A stretch of 44,247 nt of DNA from a virus, in IMG/VR virus record IMGVR_UViG_3300045988_043739, positions 1 through 44,247 of that record; one strand, given 5' to 3'. Within the stretch, counting starts at the first letter, position 1; the number at the start of each line of letters is the position of its first letter. Shown here piece by piece: positions 32,097-41,547 of the stretch. The notes beneath the pieces were generated by a model, which worked only from the letters and a program-made list of their open reading frames with translations, ran no database searches and was not told where the DNA came from. A program made the translations under genes and the position numbers.

Positions 32097-32285
32097 ATGG
32101 CAGGAGATTACAAGGGCACGGACGCGCAGAAAAAAGCCGTCAAAGAATACCAGAAGACAAGAGACGCTATTATGCTGAGACCCAGCAAGGCAGACGGTAC
32201 GCAGATCAGGCAGGCCGCGGCCGATGCGGGTAAAAGCGTACAGGCGTATATCTTGCAGGCAGTGCGTGAGTATATGAACAAGTGA
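32097..32285 (+). CDS. Ribbon-helix-helix (CopG/Arc-like) protein, 62 aa
   Basis: ORF 32022-32285. GGAGGGG RBS before ATG 32097. AIMLRPSKADGTQIRQAAADAGKSVQAYILQAVREYM fits a beta-strand plus two helices. Confidence 0.55.
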   Translation: MAGDYKGTDAQKKAVKEYQKTRDAIMLRPSKADGTQIRQAAADAGKSVQAYILQAVREYMNK

Positions 32286-32307
32286 CAACATATTGTAGGC
32301 AGACAAA

Positions 32308-32338
32308 AGCCGCTCCAAGTAACCGGGGCGGCTTTTTT
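32308..32338 (+). terminator. Intrinsic terminator upstream of terS
   Basis: AGCCGCTCC-(8 nt)-GGGGCGGCT followed by TTTTTT. Confidence 0.7.
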
Positions 32339-32367
32339 GTGTCTATATATAAGTAAGGGGTGAGAAT

Positions 32368-32748
32368 ATGAACAAGCTGACCGCAAAGCAGCGGGCATGG
32401 ATTGATTACTATAAGCAGGGCAAGACAGCTACAGAGGCGGCACGGCTTGCCGGTTACAAGGGAAATAATCACCACACGATAGGCGCGCAAAACTTAGCAA
32501 AACTAAGCAAATACATTTCAGATCGGGACGAGCTGCTAGATCGTGACCGTGTGGCGGATATGGCGGAGATTAACGCGTTTTGGAGCGACACCATGAGAGA
32601 TGATACGGCAGACATTAAAGACCGCCTGAAAGCGTCTGAGCTGCGCGCACGGAGTATCGGCGCATTTATTGAGCGCCGGGAAATCGTAGGAGCGCAGACG
32701 ATCACGGTTAAGCTGCTGGATGATGACGAAATGAATGATACAGAGTAA
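32368..32748 (+). CDS. terS: Terminase small subunit (P27-family-like)
   Basis: LTAKQRAWIDYYKQGKTATEAARLAGYKGNNHHTIGAQNL is the typical N-terminal HTH of this family. Precedes terL. Confidence 0.85.
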   Translation: MNKLTAKQRAWIDYYKQGKTATEAARLAGYKGNNHHTIGAQNLAKLSKYISDRDELLDRDRVADMAEINAFWSDTMRDDTADIKDRLKASELRARSIGAFIERREIVGAQTITVKLLDDDEMNDTE

Positions 32749-32751
32749 CGG

Positions 32752-32789
32752 CTTGCAGCCGCTTTCGGGCGGTGCAGGTCTGTTTTTTT
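32752..32789 (+). terminator. Terminator-like hairpin plus T7 downstream of terS
   Basis: CTTGCAGCCGC-TTTCGG-GCGGTGCAGG (one bulge), then TCTGTTTTTTT. Confidence 0.45.
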
Positions 32790-32944
32790 ACCCTGATATG
32801 CAGGATTAGACTTTGCGACTTGCAAAATTAAGGGTTTTCGTGGGGCTGAGTGCCGGATTTCTCGGGGTAAATACCAGAGAGCAAGACGGACGGTGTTGCT
32901 TATTATGCAAAATACGCATTTTGTACAATTAGGAGGTGCGGCGG

Positions 32945-34441
32945 GTGCAAGTTAATATCCCCAAGCGGGCATTCAACGCGGCGTATCTGCCGCTGCTGGA
33001 CGATGACGAGCACAGATATATTGTGCTGTATGGCGGCGCTGGCTCTGGTAAGTCTGTATTTGCAGCGCAACGGCTGGTTGTCCGCATGATGAGCAAGCCG
33101 CTGTGCAATGTGCTTGTGGTCCGCAAGGTTGGCGACACAAACCGAACGAGTACGTTTGCACTGCTGCAGCAGGTCATTAACGGCTGGGGCTTGCATAGCC
33201 TGTTTGATGTTACTGACCTTAAGATTGTATGCAGTCTGACCGGCAACGCCTGTATTTTTAAGGGTTTGGATGACCCGGAAAAAATCAAATCTGTTACATT
33301 TCCCAAGGGCGAGCTGACCGACATATGGATTGAGGAGGCAAGCGAGATTGCGGAAGCCGACTTTAACCAGCTCGATATACGTCTGCGAGGCAAGCGGATA
33401 CACGGACAGATTACGCTTTCGTTTAACCCGATCAACGTTCTGCACTGGCTCAAAAAGCGGTTCTTTGATCGCAAGGATGAGCGGGCGGTGACGCTGAAAA
33501 CCACTTACAAGGACAACGCATGGCTTGATGAGGACTACAAGCGCACGCTTGAGGGGTACAAGGACAGTGATCCGTACTATTACCAGGTGTATTGTCTGGG
33601 GCAGTGGGGCGTTATCGGCAAGACGATCTTCGACGCGGCCAAGGTCAACGGGCGACTTGCAGAACTGCGGGAGCCGGTTAAGCGTGGATACTTTGCATAC
33701 TCGACACGGTTTGACGCGGTATCTAATCAGGTGCGGATTGACGATCGAACTATTAAGTGGGTGGACGCTGACGACGGCTATATCTCGATCTATCAGGACA
33801 GGCGGGACGGCGTGCCCTATGTAATCGGCGGGGATACGTCCGGCGAGGGTTCAGACTGGTTTGTGGGGCAGGTGCTCGACAACACCAACGGGCGGCAGGT
33901 GTGCACACTGCGGCATCAGTTCGATGAGGATGTATACGCTGCGCAGATGTATTGTCTGGGTATCTACTATAACAAGGCGCTGATTGCGATTGAGGCCAAT
34001 TACAGCAGTTACCCGATCAAGGAGCTGCAGCGGCTTCGGTATCCGCGGCAGTACGTCCGGCAGACTGAGGACAACTACACCCACAGACCCCGCGACAGCT
34101 ACGGCTTCAAAACCACAAGCGTTACAAGGCCGGTTATTATTGCCGGACTGGTTGAGGTAGTGCGCGAGAGCGTGGAGCTGCTGAACGATGCGGACACGCT
34201 GGGCGAAATGCTGACCTTTGTTCGCAACGAGAAGGGCAGAGCAGAGGCAGAACAGGGAGCGCACGACGACTGCGTTATGGCGCTGGCTATCGCCTACTAT
34301 GCACGCACACAGCAGAGCTACACCGAGGACAAGCCGCGAGGCAAGCGGGCGAAGTGGACGGATGATATGTACGAGGATTACTACAACGCCAACAAGAGCG
34401 GCAAGGAGTACCTATTATCTAAATGGGGCAATCCGTTTTGA
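32945..34441 (+). CDS. terL: Terminase large subunit (PBSX/Terminase_3-like)
   Basis: Walker A is YGGAGSGKS. The C-terminal nuclease region contains GAHDDCVMALAIA. GTG 32945 is preferred (AGGAGGTG 6 nt upstream) over the track start 32936. Confidence 0.9.
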   Translation: MQVNIPKRAFNAAYLPLLDDDEHRYIVLYGGAGSGKSVFAAQRLVVRMMSKPLCNVLVVRKVGDTNRTSTFALLQQVINGWGLHSLFDVTDLKIVCSLTGNACIFKGLDDPEKIKSVTFPKGELTDIWIEEASEIAEADFNQLDIRLRGKRIHGQITLSFNPINVLHWLKKRFFDRKDERAVTLKTTYKDNAWLDEDYKRTLEGYKDSDPYYYQVYCLGQWGVIGKTIFDAAKVNGRLAELREPVKRGYFAYSTRFDAVSNQVRIDDRTIKWVDADDGYISIYQDRRDGVPYVIGGDTSGEGSDWFVGQVLDNTNGRQVCTLRHQFDEDVYAAQMYCLGIYYNKALIAIEANYSSYPIKELQRLRYPRQYVRQTEDNYTHRPRDSYGFKTTSVTRPVIIAGLVEVVRESVELLNDADTLGEMLTFVRNEKGRAEAEQGAHDDCVMALAIAYYARTQQSYTEDKPRGKRAKWTDDMYEDYYNANKSGKEYLLSKWGNPF

Positions 34442-34456
34442 AAATGAGGTGATAAA

Positions 34457-36385
34457 ATGCAAAATCCGTTTGATAAAACAGGCAAGAGTGACGAACAGAT
34501 TTTGAAGAAGTGGCAGGACAGGCTAAGCAAGGCACGGAGCAAGTACCAGCCGGAACTAAATTTGATGGTCGAGCGGGAAGAAATCTACCGGGGCACGCAT
34601 AAGATCGACAAGGTGCACGGCAAGAACCAGAAAGCGCAAGATGCAGTAGTGGCGCGGAATGTGGTAGCGGAGATCATTGAGGCGGAAGTATCAAGCGACA
34701 TTCCCACGCCTAAGGTTACACCGCGACACGAGGAGGACGAACAGCTTGCGAAAACCATTGAGGACTATATCCGCAATGAGCTTGACCGGCTGCCCTTCGA
34801 GCGCTTAAACGATCAGGACGAGCGAACCACACCGACGCACGGCGGCGATTTGTTCCTTGTGGAGTGGGACAACACCAAGCGGACGCACACCACACGCGGC
34901 GCGCTGAGTGTTACGCTGCTGCATCCCAAGCAGTTTATCCCACAGCCGGGCGTTTACAGTATCCCGGAGATGGATTACTTTTTTATTCAGCTCGCACAGA
35001 GCAAGGAGTACATCAAGAAGAAGTACGGCAAGGACGTATCCGCTGAGGACGAGGAGCAGCCGGACGCACGCGGCTTTGAGCAAAGCGTGGTAGATGATCT
35101 GGTAACGGAGAATATCGGATACTTCCGCAACTCGGACGGCGGCATTGGGCGCGTGGCGTGGTGCAATGACGTACTGCTGGAGTACATGGAGGACTATCAG
35201 GCGCGGCGCATTAAGACTTGCAGCAAGTGCGGCGCGGATATGCAGGGCTCTTACTGCCCGTACTGTGGCAGTAAGAGCGGCGAACAGAAAACCGTCAAGG
35301 ACTTTGCGCGGACGGACGAGAACGGTATTCCGATGACCAAGATGGTTGAACATATCAGCCTTGATGAGAAGGGCAACCCTACCGTTACACAGCACGAAGA
35401 AAACGACATGATACCGTACTATAAGCCGGATGTGTATCCGGTGGTACTGCGGCGCAATGTGTCCGTTGTGGGTAAGCTGTTAGGGTCTTCTGACGTGGAC
35501 ATGATACGGGATCAGCAGATGCTTGTAAACAAGCTCGACAGCGCAATTTCGCAAAAGCTGCTGGGCGGCGGCTCGGTTATCACCCTGCCAAAGGGCAAGC
35601 AGATTAGACGCACGGACGAGAATTTCAAGGTTTTTGAGATTGACAGCCCGGAAGAAAAAGCAATGGTTGATGTGCTGACCCTGCAGCCGGATATTTCTCG
35701 CGATATGGCGTTTGAGGACAGCACCTACACGGCAATGCGCAACCTTATCGGCATTACGGATTCGTTCCAGGGACGCAAGGACAGCACGGCAACGAGCGGC
35801 ACGGCAAAGCAGTTTGCGGCGGCACAGACCGCCGGACGACTGGAAAGCCGGAAGGTGATGAAGAACGCCGCCTATGCGGATTTGTTCGAGGTTATGTTTA
35901 AGTTCTTACTGGCGTACAGTGACGAGCCGCGGCCGATGGTTTACAAGGACACCAACGGCACGCAGATGTACGGCACGTTTAACAAGATGGACTTCCTCAA
36001 GGTGGATGAGGCGGGCGAACCGTACTGGAACGATGAATTTCTGTTCAGCGTAGACCAGACCGCGCCGCTTGCGGGCAACCGTGAAAACCTCTGGCAGGAG
36101 GCGAGAATGAATCTCGAAAACGGCTGCTTCGGAGACCCGGCCGATATGCAGAGCCTCTTGACGTTCTGGACGATCATGGAGGGGCTGCACTACCCGCTGG
36201 CAAGCGAGGTAAAACAGCAGCTTTCCGAACGGCTGGAACAGCAACAGCAGATGATGGCACAGCAGCAGGCAATGATGCAGCAGAGCATGCCGACCGAGAT
36301 TTCAGACCCGACGCAGGCGGTAAATCTGGATGATATGCCGAGTTATCAGGAGGGAGGCGGTAGCCTTGGTATGTCCGGTATGTAA
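34457..36385 (+). CDS. Portal protein (with internal zinc-ribbon insertion)
   Basis: 642 aa. Positioned immediately after terL. GAGGTG RBS. CSKCGADMQGSYCPYCG lies at about nt 35218-35275. Q-rich C-terminus. Confidence 0.7.
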   Translation: MQNPFDKTGKSDEQILKKWQDRLSKARSKYQPELNLMVEREEIYRGTHKIDKVHGKNQKAQDAVVARNVVAEIIEAEVSSDIPTPKVTPRHEEDEQLAKTIEDYIRNELDRLPFERLNDQDERTTPTHGGDLFLVEWDNTKRTHTTRGALSVTLLHPKQFIPQPGVYSIPEMDYFFIQLAQSKEYIKKKYGKDVSAEDEEQPDARGFEQSVVDDLVTENIGYFRNSDGGIGRVAWCNDVLLEYMEDYQARRIKTCSKCGADMQGSYCPYCGSKSGEQKTVKDFARTDENGIPMTKMVEHISLDEKGNPTVTQHEENDMIPYYKPDVYPVVLRRNVSVVGKLLGSSDVDMIRDQQMLVNKLDSAISQKLLGGGSVITLPKGKQIRRTDENFKVFEIDSPEEKAMVDVLTLQPDISRDMAFEDSTYTAMRNLIGITDSFQGRKDSTATSGTAKQFAAAQTAGRLESRKVMKNAAYADLFEVMFKFLLAYSDEPRPMVYKDTNGTQMYGTFNKMDFLKVDEAGEPYWNDEFLFSVDQTAPLAGNRENLWQEARMNLENGCFGDPADMQSLLTFWTIMEGLHYPLASEVKQQLSERLEQQQQMMAQQQAMMQQSMPTEISDPTQAVNLDDMPSYQEGGGSLGMSGM

Positions 36386-36485
36386 AATCGACACCAAGAC
36401 CGACACTGTGGACGGTAAGCTCGTGCTTATCTGCAAAAATCCGCAGTGCCCAAACTATAAGCAGATTGTAAAGGAGGTGAAATAG
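36366..36485 (+). CDS. Possible zinc-ribbon mini-protein overlapping the portal 3' end
   Basis: TTG 36366 has GGAGGGAGG 8 nt upstream, or ATG 36330 in the same frame. Translation (L)VCPVCKIDTKTDTVDGKLVLICKNPQCPNYKQIVKEVK has two CxxC-type pairs. Confidence 0.35.
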   Translation: MVCPVCKIDTKTDTVDGKLVLICKNPQCPNYKQIVKEVK

Positions 36486-36486
36486 T

Positions 36487-36627
36487 ATGGCAAAGTGTGC
36501 AACTCTGGCCGGTAAGGTGAAGAACTCCGGCAGCATGGAGGTCAAGGCGCTGTATCAGCAGACCAAGACCAAGAAGCCGACCGTTAAGACCGGCGGCGAT
36601 CTGCGCTCCTCTAAGAGCGGCAAGTAA
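36487..36627 (+). CDS. Small Lys-rich protein (46 aa)
   Basis: AAGGAGGTG lies 7 nt upstream of the ATG. Translation MAKCATLAGKVKNSGSMEVKALYQQTKTKKPTVKTGGDLRSSKSGK. Followed by a terminator. Confidence 0.55.
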   Translation: MAKCATLAGKVKNSGSMEVKALYQQTKTKKPTVKTGGDLRSSKSGK

Positions 36628-36640
36628 AAGGGAATAGCGG

Positions 36641-36665
36641 AACCGTCCGAAAGGGCGGTTTTTTT
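36641..36665 (+). terminator. Intrinsic terminator (GAAA tetraloop)
   Basis: AACCGTCC-GAAA-GGGCGGTT followed by TTTTT. Confidence 0.7.
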
Positions 36666-36715
36666 ATGCCCAAAATCGCATGGAACAGCGTAAAAATCCG
36701 GAAAGGAACACCCAA

Positions 36716-37531
36716 ATGGAAGAAATTATGGAAACCGAAGTGGAAACCACCGAGGCAGGCGTAAACGAGCCGGAATCCGCCGAACCGGCATCCATCGGCC
36801 CCGAGGAAACAGGCGAAAACGAGCAGCAGACCGCCGAAGCTGCGCCCGAGGGAGTACAGAGTGCGGAAGATAACGCACGATTTGCCGCTGCAAGACGCAG
36901 AGCGGAAGCGCAGTTTAACGAGCGCATTCAGCAGGAGCGACAGGCGGCAAAGGATGAGGTCATCCGGCAGATGTACGAGGGTCAGCTTGACCCGTACACC
37001 AACAAGCCGATCACCTCTGAGGCTGATTTGCAGGCGTATCAGCAGGCATATCAGCGCGACCAGATGCAGCAGGCAGGGCTCGACCCGTCCATGCTCGATC
37101 AGATGATCGCAAACAACCCCACTGTCCGACAGGCGCAGGAAGTGCTTGACCGTGTGCAGATGGAGGAGGGCGAGCGGCAGATGAACGAGGCAATCAAGGA
37201 GATTTCGCACCTTGACCCGTCCATTACCGACGTTGCTGCACTGGCAAACCACCCGAACGCACCCGTTTTTAACGAGTACGTCAACAGAGGCTATTCGCTC
37301 GTTGACGCGTTCCGCCTTGCAAACTTTGACCAGCTGACCGGCAAGCGCGCAGCAGCGGCAAAGCAACAGGCCATGAACAATGTCAACGGCAAGAGCCACC
37401 TGACCACCACAGCAGGCAATGCGGGCGGTGACGATATTGTAATCGACCCGCAGGAAATGCAGATGATGAAGCACGCATTTCCGAACCTTACCCACGCACA
37501 GCTTGTGGAAAAGTTCAAAAAATACAAGTAA
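36716..37531 (+). CDS. Scaffolding protein
   Basis: ORF 36680-37531. ATG 36716 has AAGGAA upstream. Acidic N-terminus, Q/E-rich helical. Positioned between portal and capsid genes. Confidence 0.65.
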   Translation: MEEIMETEVETTEAGVNEPESAEPASIGPEETGENEQQTAEAAPEGVQSAEDNARFAAARRRAEAQFNERIQQERQAAKDEVIRQMYEGQLDPYTNKPITSEADLQAYQQAYQRDQMQQAGLDPSMLDQMIANNPTVRQAQEVLDRVQMEEGERQMNEAIKEISHLDPSITDVAALANHPNAPVFNEYVNRGYSLVDAFRLANFDQLTGKRAAAAKQQAMNNVNGKSHLTTTAGNAGGDDIVIDPQEMQMMKHAFPNLTHAQLVEKFKKYK

Positions 37532-37545
37532 AAGGAGATTTTTTC

Positions 37546-37944
37546 ATGTTTAAGATCGCATATCGCCGTGTGGCTGATGTGTCCCCGTTCGTTTACCTTC
37601 CCGGCGCGGACGGCCTGACCCTCGGCATGGCGGCTACTCTGACTTCCGGCGCGCTGGCAAAGGGCACCGCTTCCGTCAAGCCAACTCACATTATCATGGG
37701 TCCCAAGCGCGAGGACGGCAATTACCCGGCTATCGAGGTAAACGACAACATCGTATTTGAGACTACTTCGACCGCCACCGTTGCGCAGACCGTCGTCGGC
37801 TCGGCTGTCACTCTGGCAGCTGATGCGCTGACCGTTACCGCGACCACCACCAAGGGCGTTTTCAAGGTTCTGACCACCGACGGCGCTACCACCAACTCGA
37901 CCGTTACCGGTGTGTTTGTTGATCCGGCAGCGGTTGCCGCCTAA
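37546..37944 (+). CDS. Head decoration-like protein (tentative)
   Basis: 132 aa, T/A/V-rich beta protein directly upstream of the major capsid gene (lambda D/E-like arrangement). Confidence 0.45.
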   Translation: MFKIAYRRVADVSPFVYLPGADGLTLGMAATLTSGALAKGTASVKPTHIIMGPKREDGNYPAIEVNDNIVFETTSTATVAQTVVGSAVTLAADALTVTATTTKGVFKVLTTDGATTNSTVTGVFVDPAAVAA

Positions 37945-37968
37945 AAAAGAGAGGAGACAAGATAATTT

Positions 37969-38985
37969 ATGGCAGGCATTACTTTTTCTGAGGGTTCCGG
38001 CGTTGCGGATTCCTTCTTCGGCAAATCGCAGGCTCCCATCAAGGCAATCATCGCAGACCGCGTAGAGAGCTTTCAGGAGCAGAGCATGATCGACAAGGTA
38101 TTCTATATGGATACCACCACCAACTACGCAGAGAAGTACACCTCTGCAACTGCGCTGGGTGATTTTCAGGACGTAGGCGAGAACGGCGCGTATCCGCTGA
38201 CCTCTGTACAGGAGGGCTACAGCAAGATCATCGAGCCGACCACCTGGAAGAGCCGCTTTGAAGTTACCCGCGAGCTCATCGAGGACAGCAAGTTCAATCT
38301 GGCTGAATCCCGCGCACGCAAGTTCGGTGCAAGCTACAACCGCACCCGTGAGAAGTTTGCAGCGGACATGATCGCTGGCGGCGTTGGCACTTCTATTGCG
38401 TTCGGCGGCAAGAAGTATGATACCACCTCGGCAGACGGCGTTTCGCTGTTCTCCAACGCGCACGGCTCGGCGACCAAGGGCTACAAGAACCAGTCCAACC
38501 GCTTCAAGTACACCGCAGGCACGGACAAGTACACCGATATTCTGGATGCGGCACAGGAGCAGATGCAGGACATCCGAGACGATGACGGCAACCTGCTGAA
38601 CATCAAGCCGGACACCATTATTATTCCGAACTCCGGCAAGCTCAAGCGTGAACTGTTTGCGGCTATCGGCTCTGAGCTTGACCCGAACACCAACAACAAT
38701 GCGTTCAACTTCCAGCTCGGTCTGTGGAACGTTCTGGTATGGAACTACCTTCCCAAGACCATCGGCGGAAAGGAGTATTTCATGCTGCTCGATTCCGACT
38801 ACAATAAGGACGCTATGTGTATGCCGTGGCTCGACCGCGTATCGCTGACCGTGCGTTCCTCTGTGGACGAGAACACCGATGCGAACTACTGGTCCGGCCG
38901 CGCACGTTTCGGTGCAGGCTTCAACGACTGGCGCGCAATCTCTATTGTTGGCGATACGCTGGCAAACGGTACGCAGCTGCTGTAA
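37969..38985 (+). CDS. Major capsid protein
   Basis: 338 aa. GAGGAG RBS. Its position, its length and the strong terminator after it all fit. Family (lambda E-like?) not verified. Confidence 0.75.
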   Translation: MAGITFSEGSGVADSFFGKSQAPIKAIIADRVESFQEQSMIDKVFYMDTTTNYAEKYTSATALGDFQDVGENGAYPLTSVQEGYSKIIEPTTWKSRFEVTRELIEDSKFNLAESRARKFGASYNRTREKFAADMIAGGVGTSIAFGGKKYDTTSADGVSLFSNAHGSATKGYKNQSNRFKYTAGTDKYTDILDAAQEQMQDIRDDDGNLLNIKPDTIIIPNSGKLKRELFAAIGSELDPNTNNNAFNFQLGLWNVLVWNYLPKTIGGKEYFMLLDSDYNKDAMCMPWLDRVSLTVRSSVDENTDANYWSGRARFGAGFNDWRAISIVGDTLANGTQLL

Positions 38986-38991
38986 AGACTA

Positions 38992-39022
38992 CGGCGGGGA
39001 TTTTCCCCGCCGTTTCCCTTTT
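38992..39022 (+). terminator. Intrinsic terminator after capsid gene
   Basis: CGGCGGGG-ATTTT-CCCCGCCG followed by TTTCCCTTTT. Confidence 0.75.
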
Positions 39023-39035
39023 AAGGAGTGATTTT

Positions 39036-39656
39036 ATGACGTGGGAGCAGATTCAAAAGGCTGCACTCGATAAGATTTTCTCACGCCTGAACTACGGCAC
39101 GGAGGTTTCGCTGACTTCTCCCGATGTGGCGGACTATGTGCGGGCAATGCCGCACGCGGCATGGTTTGCAATGGTGGACCTTGCCGAGGTCATGCCGATT
39201 TACAAATCCGTGGAAGTGGAGCTGCCGGACGATGATGCGGAAGGCTATCGGCTGTTTCATATCCGCGAGCTTGCACCGGATTTCATGCGGTTCTGCCCAG
39301 ACAGACTGACGATCATGGGCGAGAACAACACGTTTATGCGCGTGAACGACTATCAGTTTGACGGCATGGACACGCTGTTTGTCCCGGCGGAGTACGTCGG
39401 TACGCTTGTGATCTGGTACGAGGCATACCCGGAGAACATCGACGAGAGCACGCCGGGCGACACGACGTTTTCTCTGCCGGAGGAAGCGCAGCGGGCGATT
39501 CCGCTGTATATCGCGGCGGAGGTGTTCAAGGAAGATGATATTTCCATGGCGACGCAGTATCTGAACGAATATGAGAACGTAAAGCAGATGCTTGCAAGCA
39601 GGAGACAGCAGACTTCGAGCGGCGGCGCGTGGCGCTCGGTTACGGGGTGGGTGTAA
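39036..39656 (+). CDS. Head-tail adaptor-like protein (206 aa)
   Basis: ORF 38817-39656. AAGGAG RBS before ATG 39036, after the terminator. Size and position are like podovirus adaptor proteins (inference). Confidence 0.5.
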   Translation: MTWEQIQKAALDKIFSRLNYGTEVSLTSPDVADYVRAMPHAAWFAMVDLAEVMPIYKSVEVELPDDDAEGYRLFHIRELAPDFMRFCPDRLTIMGENNTFMRVNDYQFDGMDTLFVPAEYVGTLVIWYEAYPENIDESTPGDTTFSLPEEAQRAIPLYIAAEVFKEDDISMATQYLNEYENVKQMLASRRQQTSSGGAWRSVTGWV

Positions 39657-41543
39657 ATGGCAACATACAAGATTCCCGATTCCCCGAAAAAGTACAAGAC
39701 CGAGTATTCCAGCTTTAAGGGTGTGGATTTGTCAAGCAACCCGACACAGGTTGATTCTGCACGCGGCGCAATGGGAACGGTAAACCTGATTTCGGACAGC
39801 GGCGGCTTTCCCGAAAAGCGCAAGGGATGGCGCGTACTGCTGAATGTCGAGAAGCCGGTAAACGGCCTGTATCGCGGTATTATCAAGGACAAAGAATACT
39901 TTCTTGTGCATGGCGGTACACGGCTGTACAAGTGGACGGAGAACACCTTAACAGAGCTGAAAAGCGGACTGACGAACAAGCAGGGCACCTCGTTTACGCT
40001 GAACGACAAAATGTATGTGCTGACGGGCGGCGAGTACCTTGTGTTCGACGGCGAGACCGCCAAGGACGCAACAGCGGACGCTTACGTTCCGACTACTACC
40101 ATTGCCAACAAGCCGACGGGCGGCGGCACGGCATTCGAGGATGTCAATTTACTTTCGAGCAAGCGCAAGAACGGGTTCTGCGCGGACGGCTCGGCAACGA
40201 CGTATCAGCTGGACACCACCGACATTGAAAGCATTACAGAGGTTAAGGTAGATGATAAGGTGTGGGAGAGCAGCAAGTACACGCTGGACAAGACCAAGGG
40301 ACAGGTGAAGTTCACGACCGCACCGCCGAAACCGGCGATCACCGGCAAGGACAACGTGGTCATTACGTTTGTGAAGCCGGTGGAGGGCTACAAGGAGAAG
40401 ATCACCAAGTGTACCATTGCCGCAATCTATGGTGGCAAGTCACAGGACAGGGTGTTCCTTGCGGGCAACCCGGACGAGCAGGACAAGGACTGGCGGTGTG
40501 AGAGCAACAATCCGCTGTATTTTTCCGATCTTTCCTATACCAAGGTGGGCGCGGACGGCGCGGCAATCGTCGGCTATACGGCGATCTCGGACAGTCAGGC
40601 AATCGTCAAGTCGGATGACCGCAGCGAGACCACGATCTATTTCCGAGGTTACAGCATTAACGACAACACAAGCGCAGTACAGTTCCCGGTACGCAGAGCG
40701 ACAGCCGGTGCCGGTGCAGTGGCAAAGCACGCATTTGCGTATCTGCCGGAAGAACCGGTATTTCTCTCTCGAACGGGCGTGTTTGCGCTGACAAGCAGCA
40801 ATATCACGGCTTTGCAGGTGGCAAGAAACCGTTCCTACTATGTGGATGCGGCACTGACCAAGGAAGCACATCTGGAAAACGCCTGCGCTGTTGTGTGGAA
40901 CGGCTATTATGTGCTGGCGGTAAACGGACACTGCTATGTTATGGACACAAACCAGAACGTAGCGTACAAGCCGCAGTCCTACGGCGATTACGTTTACGAG
41001 TGCTACTACTGGAACAACTTCCCGGCGGTACGCATGATGGAAAGCAGGGGAAACCTGTATTTCGGCACATCGGACGGACGTATCTGCAAGCTGAACACGG
41101 ATATTGACACTATGCAGGCGTATTCGGACGGCGGCACGCTCGGTGAGGACGGCAGAATTACCGGCGGTACGGCAATCTCGGCAGAGTGGCACACCAAGGC
41201 GGACGATGACGGCGACTTTATGACGTACAAGACCATGGTAAAGCGCGGCAGCGGCGTTATGATGAAGCCGTATGCGCGTTCCTCGGTAAAGGTGTTCGCC
41301 CGGACAGAACGTGATTTCGGACGGCAGATTCGGGAACAGCTGATCGACATTTTCAGTTGGGAGGATATAGACTTTACCCGGTTTACGTTCTTTTCCAACG
41401 ATGCACCGCAGGTTGTGCCGTTCAACAGCAAAGTAAAGAAGTACAAAACAATGCAGCTGATTATCAAAAACGATACGCTCAATGAGGCGTTCGGTATTTT
41501 TGGTATCATCAAGCGTTACACCATCGGAACAAGTGTGAGGTGA
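39657..41543 (+). CDS. Large tail structural protein (nozzle/tail-tube-like, 628 aa)
   Basis: Start abuts the upstream stop (TAAATG). Beta-rich with repeated G-x-LY/Y-V-L-x-G segments suggestive of a propeller. No enzymatic motif seen. Confidence 0.5.
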   Translation: MATYKIPDSPKKYKTEYSSFKGVDLSSNPTQVDSARGAMGTVNLISDSGGFPEKRKGWRVLLNVEKPVNGLYRGIIKDKEYFLVHGGTRLYKWTENTLTELKSGLTNKQGTSFTLNDKMYVLTGGEYLVFDGETAKDATADAYVPTTTIANKPTGGGTAFEDVNLLSSKRKNGFCADGSATTYQLDTTDIESITEVKVDDKVWESSKYTLDKTKGQVKFTTAPPKPAITGKDNVVITFVKPVEGYKEKITKCTIAAIYGGKSQDRVFLAGNPDEQDKDWRCESNNPLYFSDLSYTKVGADGAAIVGYTAISDSQAIVKSDDRSETTIYFRGYSINDNTSAVQFPVRRATAGAGAVAKHAFAYLPEEPVFLSRTGVFALTSSNITALQVARNRSYYVDAALTKEAHLENACAVVWNGYYVLAVNGHCYVMDTNQNVAYKPQSYGDYVYECYYWNNFPAVRMMESRGNLYFGTSDGRICKLNTDIDTMQAYSDGGTLGEDGRITGGTAISAEWHTKADDDGDFMTYKTMVKRGSGVMMKPYARSSVKVFARTERDFGRQIREQLIDIFSWEDIDFTRFTFFSNDAPQVVPFNSKVKKYKTMQLIIKNDTLNEAFGIFGIIKRYTIGTSVR

Positions 41544-41547
41544 TACA

